Shown in pieces: positions 1-12,210 of a DNA stretch of 64,000 bases. The stretch's first letter is position 1. Each line of letters begins with the position of its first letter. The position numbers and the translations under genes were made by a program. The notes beneath the pieces were generated by a model. That model searched no databases. It was not told where the DNA came from and saw only the letters and a list, made by a program, of their open reading frames with translations. This stretch comes from Eledone cirrhosa (Eukaryota). The stretch is from the NCBI GenBank assembly GCA_964016885.1, contig OZ024741.1, positions 16,368,001-16,432,000 of the forward strand. Reading direction: 5' to 3'.

Positions 1-62
1 CTTCCACTAGGAGCTTTCCTTTTTTGATGAAGGCATTCACGACACTGCCTTTTGCGACCCTC

Positions 63-95
<33 letters not shown>

Positions 96-1867
96 CCTCC
101 TAATTTATGGAGATCAGCTGAATTCAGAGGGATATCTCTCTGGCAGGCTTTGGTTTTTCTACCTACAGTTATTTTTTTTTTAGGAATAACCAGCTCTTAA
201 TTGTGTTGCTATATCTGCTCGGAACTGCAGATGGTCGCATCGCTTTCGAGCCGGTCCCGATTTGGTATATAGTATAAACGCATTAGTAATACTCATATTT
301 ACTATATACCAAACCAGGTATCGCCACCATTTATTCCCCTGTCTGCCAACTGAATAATAAGACATCATCTGATTCATCCGATCTACACCACCCATGTACC
401 TGTTATAATCGAGATTCACAAATGGGGTGCCATCTTCATCCACATGTGGCCGTGCACAGGTAGACAGAAAATTGATCTGCCTCTTTTCTCTCTATGCTGT
501 CGCGAGCAAATTTCCTTTCTGCCGTTGAATTATTTCATCTTTTTTTTTTTAATTTTGCTTTTTTTATATCCGACGGCAATCTTTTTCTATTAGCGATCAC
601 TGTAGCACATGTATGTGTTGCCACAGTATCTAAATTCTCCGTAAGTTTGACCGAACTGAAAAACGGGTCAAAAAGTAATATACGGCCCTGGTTATGGTAT
701 GAAAGTGATAAATTCCAGACCACATCATACCCTAGGCCATGCTGACTTACATAATTGTCTCTTTTGCCAGTATAAAATTCAAATCCAGAGCAGTACCCAG
801 TATTCGATTCGCAAATCTTCCAAACTTTGATCCCCCATTTTGTGGGCTTTCCTGGCATATATTGTCGAAAACGCACTCGGCCTTTATAGCCCACCATACC
901 CTCATCGATAGATAAATATCTCCCTGGTTTGTAAACTGTTTTATATGTTTTGAACACAATCAATGATCAATGAGGGATCTTATTTTAAATAAGGGATCAT
1001 AGTTTGGTTCTCCACGTACTGGTGTACTGCTTGTCTCTTACATGTAAATACTGCGTAATTTTAAAAACCGTGTCCTCGTCATTATACTTGAGACATATTC
1101 GTCTCCAAAGGGTTCATCGGTACTCCAGTAATTTGTAATTCTGGGTAGCTTTCTAATGTCCATAATAATAATATTTATGGCAAAATAAGCCCTAATTTCA
1201 TTTAAGCTTGGGGGAAACCACAAACTATCCTTTTTTTTTCACTTTTACTTTCAGCGTAACGGTTTGTTTCCGCTGTAATAATTTCAAACAAGCTCATAGG
1301 AAAAAGTAAAAGGAAATAGTCTAAAGCTTTGCTCTCCTGGGATAGACTGTGACTTGGTCCAGTTTCTTCATAAAAATCACTGAAAGAAACAGTTTTAAAA
1401 TTTTTACTCCATTCAGGTGCCAATTCATTTTCTTTATCGCTGTCATCGGAGCTCTCGGATTCACTGCTTTCACTTTCGGAAAATGAAACATCGGATTCAT
1501 TATCAAATACCACGTGCTTTTTTTTTTTCAGTTATAGAGTTAGATTTTTCAAGGTCTTCAGTAGAAAATCCTTCGAATTCTGACTTGCTGCTTGACTGAA
1601 TGGAATTGGTATCCATTTTTTGTCAGAATTAAAAAATTTTCAAAACAAACAGGAACAAATTTGGAAAAAAATCTCCCCAAATTCACAGAATTAAAATAAA
1701 ACGTTGATATTTGTCCAAAACTGTAGCTCAATTGTTTACATAGTATATTTTCACGAATGTACTAACGAGATTTGCTCTGATTTTCTCATTTAAATGTGAA
1801 TGTGTGAGTACGGGCAGCTTGGTCACATGAACCAAAATTTTTTTGGGGCAATTTGGTAACGAAAGAG
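1..1867 (-). mobile_element. Defective piggyBac DNA transposon, copy 1 (runs off the window start)
   Basis: Fragmented transposase ORFs (LSIDEGMVGYKGR...YMPGKPTKWGIKVW, YNRYMGGVDRMNQM, KWWRYL). Terminus CTCTTTCGTTACCAAA on the minus strand abuts TTAA at 1868-1871. Confidence 0.93.
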
Positions 1868-2353
1868 TTAAGTGGATGTGAGTTACCTATCTCCCAGGAT
1901 AGACTGTTTTAGTTGGTACCGCGTTACAACAGGTTGTACATAAATGTGTATTTATGGAAGGCTTACAAGTAATTAGTGATGGTAAGAAAAATAATGTATG
2001 CATGGCCTAATGGCTGGAATTAATGGAGAATTTTGAGGGGATTTACTAAAATTATTATTTCATTACTACAATAGTAATTTGACCCTTTCATTACTACATT
2101 TCTAATAAAATACACTTTCAATTAATGAAGAATTTTTGGGGATTTACTAAGATTATTCAATATTTAATTCCTAAGATAGTAACTTAACATACGGTTCTTA
2201 CATAAAATTATGTTGGAAGATTTTAATTTAGATTGTAAAGATTTAAAATGGATGGGCCGGGTTGGTTTTAAAAGTGTTAAAGTGATGTATGAAGCAGCTA
2301 AACAAAATTGTTCCATAAACTTATGTTGGAAGATTTAAGTATATATAGTTTAA

Positions 2354-2556
2354 CCCTTTTCCATTTACATTACTCAATATACTATTGTATTTTTGCGGTA
2401 AAGGCTTTACCTAACAATGTCGAATCTATCAGATTTGATATTTATTTATGTTGAGAACAATATCTTAACATCAGTATGAGTGGCTAGTTACGACCGATTT
2501 GAACAGAAATAGGTGAGAAGATTCTGGCGGATAAGACAGGTTTAAATACAAAAGGG
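2354..2556. mobile_element. piggyBac-type MITE (related copies near 8300-8490, 11830-12000, 21190, 23500-23690)
   Basis: TTAA|CCCTTT...AAAGGG|TTAA ends; the internal sequence recurs several times in the window. Confidence 0.75.
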
Positions 2557-2740
2557 TTAAAATGAGGATCAGTTTTTATATCAGAACTATGGGTGTTTCA
2601 GTTGATTTGGTATAAAACTATTAAATCTGGTTACAATTTTAGTGATTACTTTACGTTTCTTGTGTGTAACAGTTCTGTTGTGAGCTTGAGGCATTAATCC
2701 TGTGCCACAACTAGATACTTTTAATACAAATAAACCAATA

Positions 2741-2871
2741 TTGAACATTAAATGTCTATGGCACCAGTTCTATAATTGTTGCTGATTTTAGTGTTCTATA
2801 TCAATCTAGTTCTTCTCCACCCAGTTGTTAACTGACCATTGGACAAACTGGTCTAAGTAGAACTTACATTA
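2741..2871 (+). ncRNA. Box H/ACA snoRNA, copy 1 (predicted 18S pseudouridine guide, human U1347 equivalent)
   Basis: Hairpin (GAACATTAAA/TTTAGTGTTC), H box ATATCA, second hairpin (AGTTCT/AGAACT lower stem, CCAGTT/AACTGG upper stem, pocket TCTCCAC/TCTAAGT), then ACA+3 nt, 14 nt from the pocket top. 131 nt, intronic in NOP56. Confidence 0.85.
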
Positions 2872-2980
2872 ATATCTTCTCTATATATTATACTGATCAA
2901 CACTTGCCCTCCTCATGTTAGTTTCACATATTTGGTTGGAGATATTCCATAAATATGTAGGTCTGGTTGTAAGATGTTAA

Positions 2981-3346
2981 GCCTTTCGTTACCATATTTC
3001 TAACCAAAATACACCCCTTATGTGTTTCAATTAATTTCTAACATAATCATAAATTTAGTCTGGTTTCATTAAACAACTCTAACTTTTTTATTTATCAACA
3101 TATTAATGTGATTCTTTGAATAAAATTTAACGAAAGGTTCTCAACCAATTCTATTCCATAATTTTTGTCTCAAAGTGACTCTAATTACAGGTAAATTCAA
3201 CAAAATATGAAATTATTTAAATTTTGATAGTAACTTAACATATGGTTCTTATATAAAATTGTTAGATTTTTATTTAAAACTTTCAAAATGAGTGGTTTTA
3301 TTTCATAGAACCAGAGGTGGTTTTGGCCATGTTGGTAAGTAAAGGG
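2981..3346. mobile_element. Non-autonomous piggyBac derivative
   Basis: TTAA on both sides. The first ~240 bp are a near-identical reverse complement of the right end of the piggyBac at ~16640-16880; the element ends in AAAGGG|TTAA. Confidence 0.8.
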
Positions 3347-3965
3347 TTAATCAAGAATTTGCAGAGGTTTTGTAATATAACTTTCTCGTTATTATGCTGG
3401 TGTTTGGAACAGTTCTTATATTAAATTATGATAGGATTTTAGATAAATATTCCAGGAAAGGCATCTGGCTGTAAAACTTTGCTTCAAAATATCCCATCCA
3501 ATGTAAAAACAATGTTTTGTATTGTGGAACCAACTGCATTTTTTGTTGGTCCGGTATCAAAGGGACTTAATAAGCCCCCTAGTTGTGATATTATCACTTC
3601 TCCTTTACCCCCTCCCAGTTATTTAATGGCCTGATGAATTGTTAGCTTGATCAGAGGAAGGCAAGACTGGGTTTCCCTTTTGATACCAACCTGCCCTGGT
3701 TCTAGGAAACTATTTTTAAATTAAATATTCCAACATAGAACCTTTTTTATTGTTAGAAATATCTTGATAATGAAATAATTCATAATTTTTATAAATCTCT
3801 CCAATTTCTTGGAAATAAGGGTATTTTATCAGCAATATGACTATAAAGAAGTTAATGATGGTGAAAGAGTGTATGTTTGCAAAATAGGTGTGTATAGTGG
3901 GACACCTTGCTAGTTCTAAGAGGCAAAAATTCTTAATTTATTGTTTTCTATATTTTGTTAACCAG

Positions 3966-4139
3966 GACTGCTTCATGAGAATCTTCGAGTTTTCATTGAA
4001 ACCAATGTTCCCGTGTCTAAGAAGAAGGTGACATCAGTTCTTGGGGTGGGTGATCCCAAGCTAGGTGCTGCTATTGTTGAAGATTCCAGTCTAAATATTA
4101 CATGTGTCCATACTGGAGCCATTCCAGAAATTGTCAGAG
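3966..4139 (+). CDS. NOP56: NOP56 internal exon (LLHENLRVFIETN...GVGDPKLGAAI...EIVR)
   Basis: AG/GT boundaries; peptide matches the NOP56 N-terminal domain; phase consistent with the next exon. Confidence 0.95.
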
Positions 4140-4241
4140 GTAAGATGGTTTCTTTTTCTCTGGTGTACAACAGTTCTGTTGTGAGTTTGAGGCATTAATC
4201 CTGTGCCACAACTAGATACTATTAATACAAATAAACCAATA

Positions 4242-4372
4242 TTGAACATTAAATGTCTATGGCACCAGTTCTATAATTGTTGCTGATTTTAGTGTTCTAT
4301 ATCAATCTAGTTCTTCTCCACCCAGTTGTTAACTGACCATTGGACAAACTGGTCTCAGTAGAACTTACATTT
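4242..4372 (+). ncRNA. Box H/ACA snoRNA, copy 2 (A>C change in the 3' pocket)
   Basis: Near-identical to 2741-2871; pocket reads TCTCAGT instead of TCTAAGT. Confidence 0.8.
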
Positions 4373-5426
4373 AATTCTAGCTCATGAAATGGTGTTTTGT
4401 GGTAAGGGCTAGATCAGGGTTCTGGGCAATATTACCCACCTGTGGGTGACAAACAACTGAACACAAAATGGTGAATGATATGAGATTTTGGGTATAGAGA
4501 AGATATTTCAACATATGCTACCCAATAAAAAATATTCATGGTAAATATGGTGAGGACCTAAATGGGAATAACGAACCTATAACAAACTTTTAAGAAACAT
4601 TTTTGGTGTGCTTTTGAATATTTACTACACAGGTGAGTGGTGAAAAGTTTATTTCCATGTGAAAGTTGGGGGGGGGGGGCTGGTCTTGGTTTATCTTCAG
4701 TCATAAGGATAGTCATTTAGATAATTTACTCAGGCATACTGCTTGGAAGGTCAGGGATGACCTACGTCTAAACAGCAGCTTGTTATGTCTTAAGATGTCT
4801 TCTGGCTGTTACATGTGACTATCTGAGTCTCTTATATGGGAACTACATGTGGTTGTGTAGTTCTCTACTTCATGGTTTCTACATGAGGACTATCCAGTTC
4901 TCTGTTAAGTTTACATCGCAACTACATAGATTGGGTTTCAATTCCACTGCAGGACATTTTAAACCTATTTTTTAAGAATATTCCAAACATGAACTTAAAT
5001 ATATCTGTATACTATTGTATTTTTACGGTAAAGGTTTTATTTCACATAACATCAAATCTATGAGATTTTGATTATTATTTATTTTGTGGATTGGCAGTAT
5101 CGGTAGAGGGTCGAACACCATGCTTTGCAGCATAGAGTTACGGCCCTTTATGATCCAAGTTCAAATCCCGCCAAGGTTAACTTTGCCTTTCATCCTTACA
5201 GGGTTGATAAAATAAAGTACCAGTAATGTACTGGGTAATTGCTGGCCTTGTGGTAACAATTATTTATTTTGTAAACATCTGTGTGAGTGGCCAGTTAGTC
5301 TGTTTAAATGCTAAAAAGTTAATGTAGTACACGGCACTAAGATATGACTGTGTTAATTACTCAGGTTTTTTTGTTTTTTTTGTCATAACACTAGTTCAGG
5401 TCTCTGTTGTAGGTAAATAACCAATA

Positions 5427-5557
5427 TTGAACATTAAATGTCTATGGCACCAGTTCTATAATTGTTGCTGATTTTAGTGTTCTATATCAATCTAGTTCTT
5501 CTCCACCCAGTTGTTAACTGACCATTGGACAAACTGGTCTAAGTAGAACTTACAATT
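5427..5557 (+). ncRNA. Box H/ACA snoRNA, copy 3
   Basis: Body identical to copy 1; similarity begins ~12 nt before the first hairpin and stops at the ACA box. Confidence 0.85.
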
Positions 5558-5900
5558 AACTAATTACATACTCTTGGGTCACAAATAATAGAGGAGGGCA
5601 TGGAAAACCGGTAATTGTTCTAAGTTGTCGCTGTTGATTTTAAAAAAAACAGAATTAGCTGTTTAGTTTACATATTGAGCTGGAGATAGATTAGCAAAGT
5701 TTAATAAGGAAGGGGAACAATTATTCAAGACCTGGGAGTAGGTAATTGTAAGTTCAGTAAACAATCTCTGCAGACATTTACCCATGTACCCCCTTGGGTT
5801 TAGTTAAAAGAATTTTGCTTACATGAGAACATACAGTTGATGTGATGATGTTCATTCCTTTCACAAAACATCTTATATCTTACTGTGTTTTTGTTTTCAG

Positions 5901-6099
5901 GTATCCGAGTCCACTTTCACAAACTGGTCAAGGGAATGTCCGCCGTCACCCAGAACAAAGCCCAGTTGGGTCTCGGCCATGCCTACTCTCGTGCCAAGGT
6001 GAAGTTTAACATCAACAGGGTTGATAATATGATTATTCAGAGCATTGCTTTGTTAGACCAGTTAGACAAAGATATCAATGCATTCAGTATGAGGATCAG
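5901..6099 (+). CDS. NOP56: NOP56 exon ([11 protein letters not shown]...[46 protein letters not shown])
   Basis: ttttcAG/GTgag boundaries; highly conserved NOP56 peptide. Confidence 0.97.
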
Positions 6100-7722
6100 G
6101 TGAGTTTTATTGTGCTATATCTATGATATTCTGATACAGAGTGATGTGGTGGCTTTCATGTATTTTCATCTTTAGATAGAGGAGTTATACATTATTCTAC
6201 ACTTAGTTTCACTCTTTGAATATCAAACTTGTTGAATCATGTTTTACGATACAGGTGTTTATATTTATCTGAAAATCTTCCATTGTTTTATATAAGAACA
6301 TTTATGTCCCAGTCACCAGCTTAAAACATGAGTTTAATTCAAATGTTTATAGTTTTTATACTAGTGGACACATCATTGAGAAAACTTGCAGTATTAAAGA
6401 CTTTGATTTTTAATGTGATATACGAGGATCAGCTGAAAAATTCATTGGCTGACTGAGTGATGTTAGAGCTGTGAAATTTTGCATGCATTAATTTCAACTC
6501 TTTTTATTAATAACTGCATTGTTCTCTTTCTAAGAGGGACTAAGTTGAATAATAAACCTCATTTGGTCATTCCATGAGAGTATCTTGGTTAGTCTATGAC
6601 CTTGTACTGGAAATTAGCTTTATTAGATTGTACTGGAAATTAAGAGTTAATGAGAGAGTTAATTATATTATTAAATTGTTGATTATTTTCAAAATTAATT
6701 AAAAACCATTAGCAGTATATTTCAAGAAAAATATAGCAATGAAAGGGTTGATATGCATAGTCTTGAGTCCTTCTTTTAATTTAACCTAAAATCTAAGATG
6801 ATTGGTTCCAAGTTTTTGAGTCTGTGACTATATTCTCAATTGTGGTGACAGAATTATACTTGGTACATTAACTGCTATACATTATTATACTTGTACCTTA
6901 GTTTTTATAACTAGGGCGCATTCAATGTTAGCTAACATATACATAGACATACTTTTGTTCACTACCTAGCGTTTACATACACAGATACATATACACACCC
7001 TCATCTACTTCATAAAGTGTATGTAAACATAAATACATAAATGCGCTGGTACACCATCATAATGTATATGTCAAAGGTACTCTCGCGTCCCAAATAATAG
7101 GGGGTTTGGATATTTGCTTAAGTTCTTGTAAGGGGGGGGGGTAATTGTATAGTGTATGTTCGTAAATATGAGATTTCTAGTGATGTTCTGTTTTTGTCAT
7201 ACATAACATTTTTTTAATGTAAAATAAAATTAATTAGATTCTCCAGCTGCTGTATCAATATGAATCACAATAAAATTTCATTGGAAATAGATGAGCAAAA
7301 TTAATGGGGGTATTCAAGGCCTGAGGGTAAATGGTAAAAAAAAACCCATAGCAGATGATGAAGTACAATGAAGATATATATTAGTTTCACTCTTAAATTA
7401 GTAGTAAAAGTCCTAATGTTTCAGGCATTGGTCTTTCATCAGAAAACAGAATGAGAAATAAAAAAACTAGTGGAGAGTAAGCAGAGGCAGAAAAAAAAAT
7501 TTCCTTGAGAAAAAGTAGGCCTGTTCATGTCATACTAGTTGAAAAAATCTCATTTGTTTTCTCCAAAACCTCCCCAAGAGACCCCTCATGATAATAGATA
7601 ATTAATCCGAAATATTTTTGGAATAATAAATTACTCAGGTAACTTTCATTCTTCCTTTCTTTTATTTTGCTTTCTCTGTGTATATGTAAATTTAATGGTG
7701 TTTATTATTTGTTGTTTTTTAG

Positions 7723-7910
7723 AGAGTGGTATTCCTACCATTTTCCAGAACTTTACAAAATAGTCCCTGAGCAGGCGTTGTATGCTAAATTGGTGAAGTT
7801 AATTAAGACGAGAAAGTCCATTACAGAGGAAACTATAGATGAAATGGAAGAGATATTAAGTGACAGGAGTAAAGCCCAGGCTATTTCTGAGGCATCAAAG
7901 TCTTCGATGG
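7723..7910 (+). CDS. NOP56: NOP56 exon (EWYSYHFPELYKIV...SKSSMG)
   Basis: AG/GT boundaries; conserved peptide. Confidence 0.97.
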
Positions 7911-9487
7911 GTTAGTTCAGCTTCTTACCATTTTGTTTTTAATAAATTCTGTTATTTTCTATCTATTATGCACCTCTTAACCACTATCCTCCCTCCCACG
8001 CCTGATCACACCACCCTTCTTCTACACCTTTACACCCCCCCCCAGTCTACACTGAAGTTACAAAAAGCTCCCTACCCCTCACTGTAAAGTGATTGTGTAG
8101 ATGTCACAATAAAAAAGTGCCCATCCCACACTGTAAAATCGTGTAGGTGACATGACAAAAAGCACCCCACCCCACACTGTAAATGAGGTTGGTGTTAGGA
8201 AGAGCATCCAGCTGTAGAAACCAAGCAATAAAGTCTACTAGTTTGAGAGTCAAAGACATGAATCTGTCCATTAATATATTTCTAATGAAATAACATTCCT
8301 TAACCCTTTGGCATTTAAACCGGCCAGGATGGGCTCACCTCTTTCTGTTCAAACCAGCCATAACTGGCTGCTCATACTTATGTTAAGATATATAAATATC
8401 AAAATCTTATAGATTTGATATTTTGTGAGATAAAGCCTTTACTGCGAAAATACAATAGAATAAATAATAAAGTAATGCAAAGGGTTATGGTTTTCATGCA
8501 GTTTTCAAAAATCAGAATTTGAATGGGAAATTAAAGTTTTGTATGAAAAGGGTTATGGGTTATCTGACATATAATAGTAAGCAGTAGTAATTTGAAGGGA
8601 AGGGGGGAAAAAATCGATTTAAAAAAAACTCCAGTGCATTACTGGTACTTTATTTATCAACCCCATAAGGATGAAAAACAACGCTAACCTCAGCAGGATT
8701 TGAACTCAGTACATAAAGGGATGTAATAATAATGATTTCTACTATAGGCACAAGGCCAACAATGTGTGTGGGGGGGGGGGGTCGATTAAATTGGTCCCGT
8801 AAGGATGAAATGCAAACCTAAATGGGGTTTGAACTCGGAACATAAAGGGCCATAACTATGCTGCAAAGCATGTCTGATGCTCTACCAATACAGCCATTAG
8901 AACTTGGGATCAAATTTATCATATTTCTTTTGTCTGTAGTTTTGAGTTGAAATCCTACAAGGTAGAATTTTACTTTTTGTGTTGAGTGGGGAATAGTGAA
9001 GAAGTACCAACACCAGTTATAAGTTGGAAGTGTCAAGATCCGTTTCAGTTCCGGTTCCAAAAAAAATATCCTATGCAATGCACCCTCATATGAGGCTGAC
9101 TTTATCTTCTCAGGTGTGGAGCATAACGAAACAGAAAATAGTGTATATGTTCTTTTAACATATCACTATTAGGTAATGGAAAGATCAATGGAAACATTGT
9201 TTCCTTGGTCTGATTTGACGTGTTCCACCCCACTTGGTAAGTGAATGTAGTTTGGGATCTTGATCAATCATCAGGATGTTGTACACAATGTCCTGATTAA
9301 CAGAGTTGACTCTCTGGTCATCACAGTTTAACGTCCATTTTCTGTGCTAGCATGGGTTAGACGAGTTGTCCTGTTGTGAGACAAGCCAGGTCAGATGCCG
9401 TGTCTTGCTCATACAGAAATGATTTTGACTTTATTTCTGCTGCTGGATACCCTTAGCACCAACCATTTATGGATGAGTATTTCTAGT

Positions 9488-9634
9488 GACTTTGGGAGTA
9501 ATGTTGTTTATATTTATCATTAAATATTTTGTATTAGATTTTCTAATATATGTCTGGTATGGATATATCAGCCATACCAATCATATATTAATATATCACC
9601 CATAGACTTGCTAAACATTGAAATGTTTGCCAAA
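9488..9634 (+). pseudogene. Dead duplicate of a NOP56 splice acceptor plus the first 50 nt of the next exon
   Basis: Aligns to 9943-10070; acceptor CAG changed to CTG, ~12 nt deleted upstream, ~28-nt insertion in the exonic part. Confidence 0.85.
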
Positions 9635-9942
9635 TCTGCCTTTGGAGTACTCGATAGAGTGTGTAGCTCAGAGATCAGAAAGTCACTCCAGGTAGAACTG
9701 CTACTTCTCTGAACTGAGAGATCGCAGCTCTGATACTATTGGCATGTGATTAGAATGTCTCAGGAAAGAATTGCTGGACAGATTTTACAAGCAAAACCAA
9801 ACGGTAGGAGACCCAGGGTTGGTCTCCCTTGTGGATCTACCCGGATCAGTTAGAGGCAGTTGCTTCTGACATGACCTGCTGGAAAGAGTATTAGAGGACT
9901 CTGCCCCTGTGGCCCTTTCAGGAATAAATAAGCAAAGAAGAA
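9635..9942 (+). mobile_element. 5'-truncated RTE LINE 3' fragment (same family, minus strand, at ~12380-12680)
   Basis: Degenerate RTE C-terminus (ERSQL.YYWHVIRMSQERIAGQILQAKPNGRRP); ends in an (AAG)n tail. Confidence 0.75.
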
Positions 9943-10020
9943 GACTTTGGGAATGTTGTTTATATTTATTGTTAAATATTTTGTATTAAATTTTCTAATG
10001 TAATTTGTTCTATATGTCAG

Positions 10021-10172
10021 GTATGGATATATCAGTTATAGACTTGCTAAACATTGAAATGTTTGCCAAACGGGTGATTGATCTCATTGATTATCGGATC
10101 AATCTTGTCAGTTATCTACAGAAGAAAATGTCACAAGTTGCACCAAATCTTACGGCACTTATTGGAGAAACA
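10021..10172 (+). CDS. NOP56: NOP56 exon ([18 protein letters not shown]...[12 protein letters not shown])
   Basis: cAG/GTaag boundaries; conserved peptide. Confidence 0.97.
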
Positions 10173-10679
10173 GTAAGCGGTTCTCTTTCTTTCTTTGTCA
10201 GCATTCTCAGATGAAAATAAGATATAGTGTTTACATGCTTGTATTTATATCTGTGTAGCTGGTTAAGTTGGTATTTGGAACATAACTTAACAAAGGTTTT
10301 TACATAAAATGATGGAAGGCTTTATACTTTAGAAGAATATTTTGCTAATATGGTCTCGAGCAGTATAGGACATTAAAGGAATGGTTTCCAATAGATGGTA
10401 ACTGAGCATTAAGTAGAACTGAAATGATAGGGTAGCTAACTAGTACTGGATAGTTCTAAGATGTTTATCATGTCTTAACACAAACAAAGGGCAAATAATA
10501 AACAAAAGCTGGTGTTATCTGCTATATCATCATTATCTTTTATGTCAAATTTTCCATATTGACATGTGTGGACAGATTTTTTTTAGACCAGTTTACAGCT
10601 GGTTGCCCACCCAGCCACCATCCTTTTTAGTTGTTTCTTATAACACACAGGAATACTGTGTACCTATTCTAAACAAGAT

Positions 10680-11050
10680 ACTGCTGGAGAGAAATGAAGC
10701 AAGCATGCTCCGTTGGATGTGCATTATCAATGTGCGTGAACGACCAAGCATAGATGAGTTGAAAGAGAAACTGGGTATAAGAGGGATAAGTTGTGGTGTG
10801 CAGGAGAGAAGACTAAGGTGGTATGGACATGTGATGCGCATGGAGGATGGCCGCTGGGTAAAGAAGTGCCAAGAATACGCAGTAGAGGAAGACCACAAAA
10901 AACATGGGCAGAGGTGGTGAGAGCAGACCTCAGGTCGCTAAAACTAACGGAGGAGATGACGAAGGATCGTGACAAGTGGAGAGATGCTGTGCTGAATAGG
11001 ATGCGTCCCACCCTTGCAAGCAGGGAAAAGCGGATGTAAAATGATGATGA
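10680..11050 (+). mobile_element. RTE family A-like 3' fragment
   Basis: LERNEASMLRWMC...ERRLRWYGHVMRM; same 3' end and (ATG)n tail as the elements at 31259 and 45081. Confidence 0.9.
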
Positions 11051-11122
11051 TACACATGGGTGTAAATATTTCTAAATTCTGTTTGTGAAAATGTTGATTT
11101 TTTAATTTGTTTTTCAAAACAG

Positions 11123-11223
11123 GTTGGTGCCAGACTCATCTCTCATGCTGGAAGTTTGACCAATTTAGCCAAATGTCCAGCATCTACATTACAGATTCTT
11201 GGAGCTGAGAAGGCATTGTTCAG
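11123..11223 (+). CDS. NOP56: NOP56 exon ([33 protein letters not shown]), Nop domain
   Basis: cAG/GTaag boundaries; Nop-domain GAEKALF motif. Confidence 0.98.
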
Positions 11224-11412
11224 GTAAGACATGTTCAATAAACTGTACTTCAGATTTATCACTGCACTCATCCACCTTGCTGGCTGCACTGGTTTACACA
11301 GTACTCATGAGTCGTGTGTCTATGCCTATCTTCCTTAGCACCCATCAGGTTATAGAACAGAGCACTTTCTTAAAGGCCTTCTCTATATTCACAAATGCAA
11401 ATATATATATAT

Positions 11413-11732
11413 GGAGGCACATGGCTTAGTGGCTAGAGCATTGGCCTTGCAATCGAAAGGTTGTGAGTTCAATTCTCAGACCAGGCGATGTGTTGTTTCC
11501 TTGAGCTAGACACTTTATTTCACATTGCTCCAGTTTACTCAGCTGTAGAAATGAGATGATAGGGACTGGGGTCCATATCATTCCACTGTAATGTGGTCGT
11601 GGAGGTATCACGGCAAAAAAAGCACCCAGCACTCACTGTAAATAAGGTTGGTGTTAGGAAGGGCATCCAGCCAGTATCAGTTTCCATCCCACCCTTGCAA
11701 GCAGGGAAAAGCAGACGTAAAATGATGATGAT
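11413..11732 (+). mobile_element. tRNA-derived SINE with an RTE family A 3' tail (other copies: 21295-21538 -, 30712-31053 -, 50691-50970 -)
   Basis: A box TGGCTTAGTGG, B box AGTTCAATTC; 3' end CCCACCCTTGCAAGCAGGGAAAAGC.GACGTAAA(ATG)n shared with RTE family A. Confidence 0.9.
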
Positions 11733-12061
11733 ATATATGTGGTGGTTGATTATGGATGGGACAACTAATTAGACCAAAAGTAGGGCAGCATCCATATCAT
11801 GGAAAAGGAGTTTGTAAAAGTAGAATTTCTTTAACCCTTTAGCATTTAAACCATCCGTAACCGGCCATTCATACATATGTTAAGGTGTTATCCTCAAAAT
11901 AAATATCAAAATCTCATAGATTCGCTATTATGTGACGTAAAGTGTTTACCATGAAAATACAATAGTATATATGGAGTAATGTAAATACAAAAAGAAATGG
12001 AACCCATTGTTTTGTAGTACTGTAACCTGATTGATGTTTCTTTATTTTTTATTGTTTTTAG

Positions 12062-12210
12062 AGCTTTGAAGGTCAAAGGGAACACACCAAAATATGGTCT
12101 GATATTTCACTCCACGTTTATTGGTCGTGCTGGAGCACAAAACAAAGGCAGGATATCTCGGTTTCTGGCCAACAAATGTTCTCTGGCTACCAGGGTTGAT
12201 TGCTTTGCTG
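12062..12210 (+). CDS. NOP56: NOP56 exon ([23 protein letters not shown]...[21 protein letters not shown])
   Basis: AG/GTgag boundaries; conserved Nop-domain peptide. Confidence 0.98.

Noticed and set aside
4392-4830. Hairpin-rich patches (4392-4464, 4708-4824) as further snoRNAs
   Set aside because: No consistent H plus ACA or C plus D arrangement and no recognisable guide.
5842-5890. GTGATGA as box C (similar hits at 7354 and 13717)
   Set aside because: No CTGA box D or terminal stem at a suitable distance.
7408-7450. Minus-strand CTGATGA...GAAA hammerhead-like core
   Set aside because: Stems I and II do not pair well; at most a decayed remnant.
11413-11485. tRNA gene
   Set aside because: No proper acceptor stem; continues into a SINE body and RTE tail; multiple copies.
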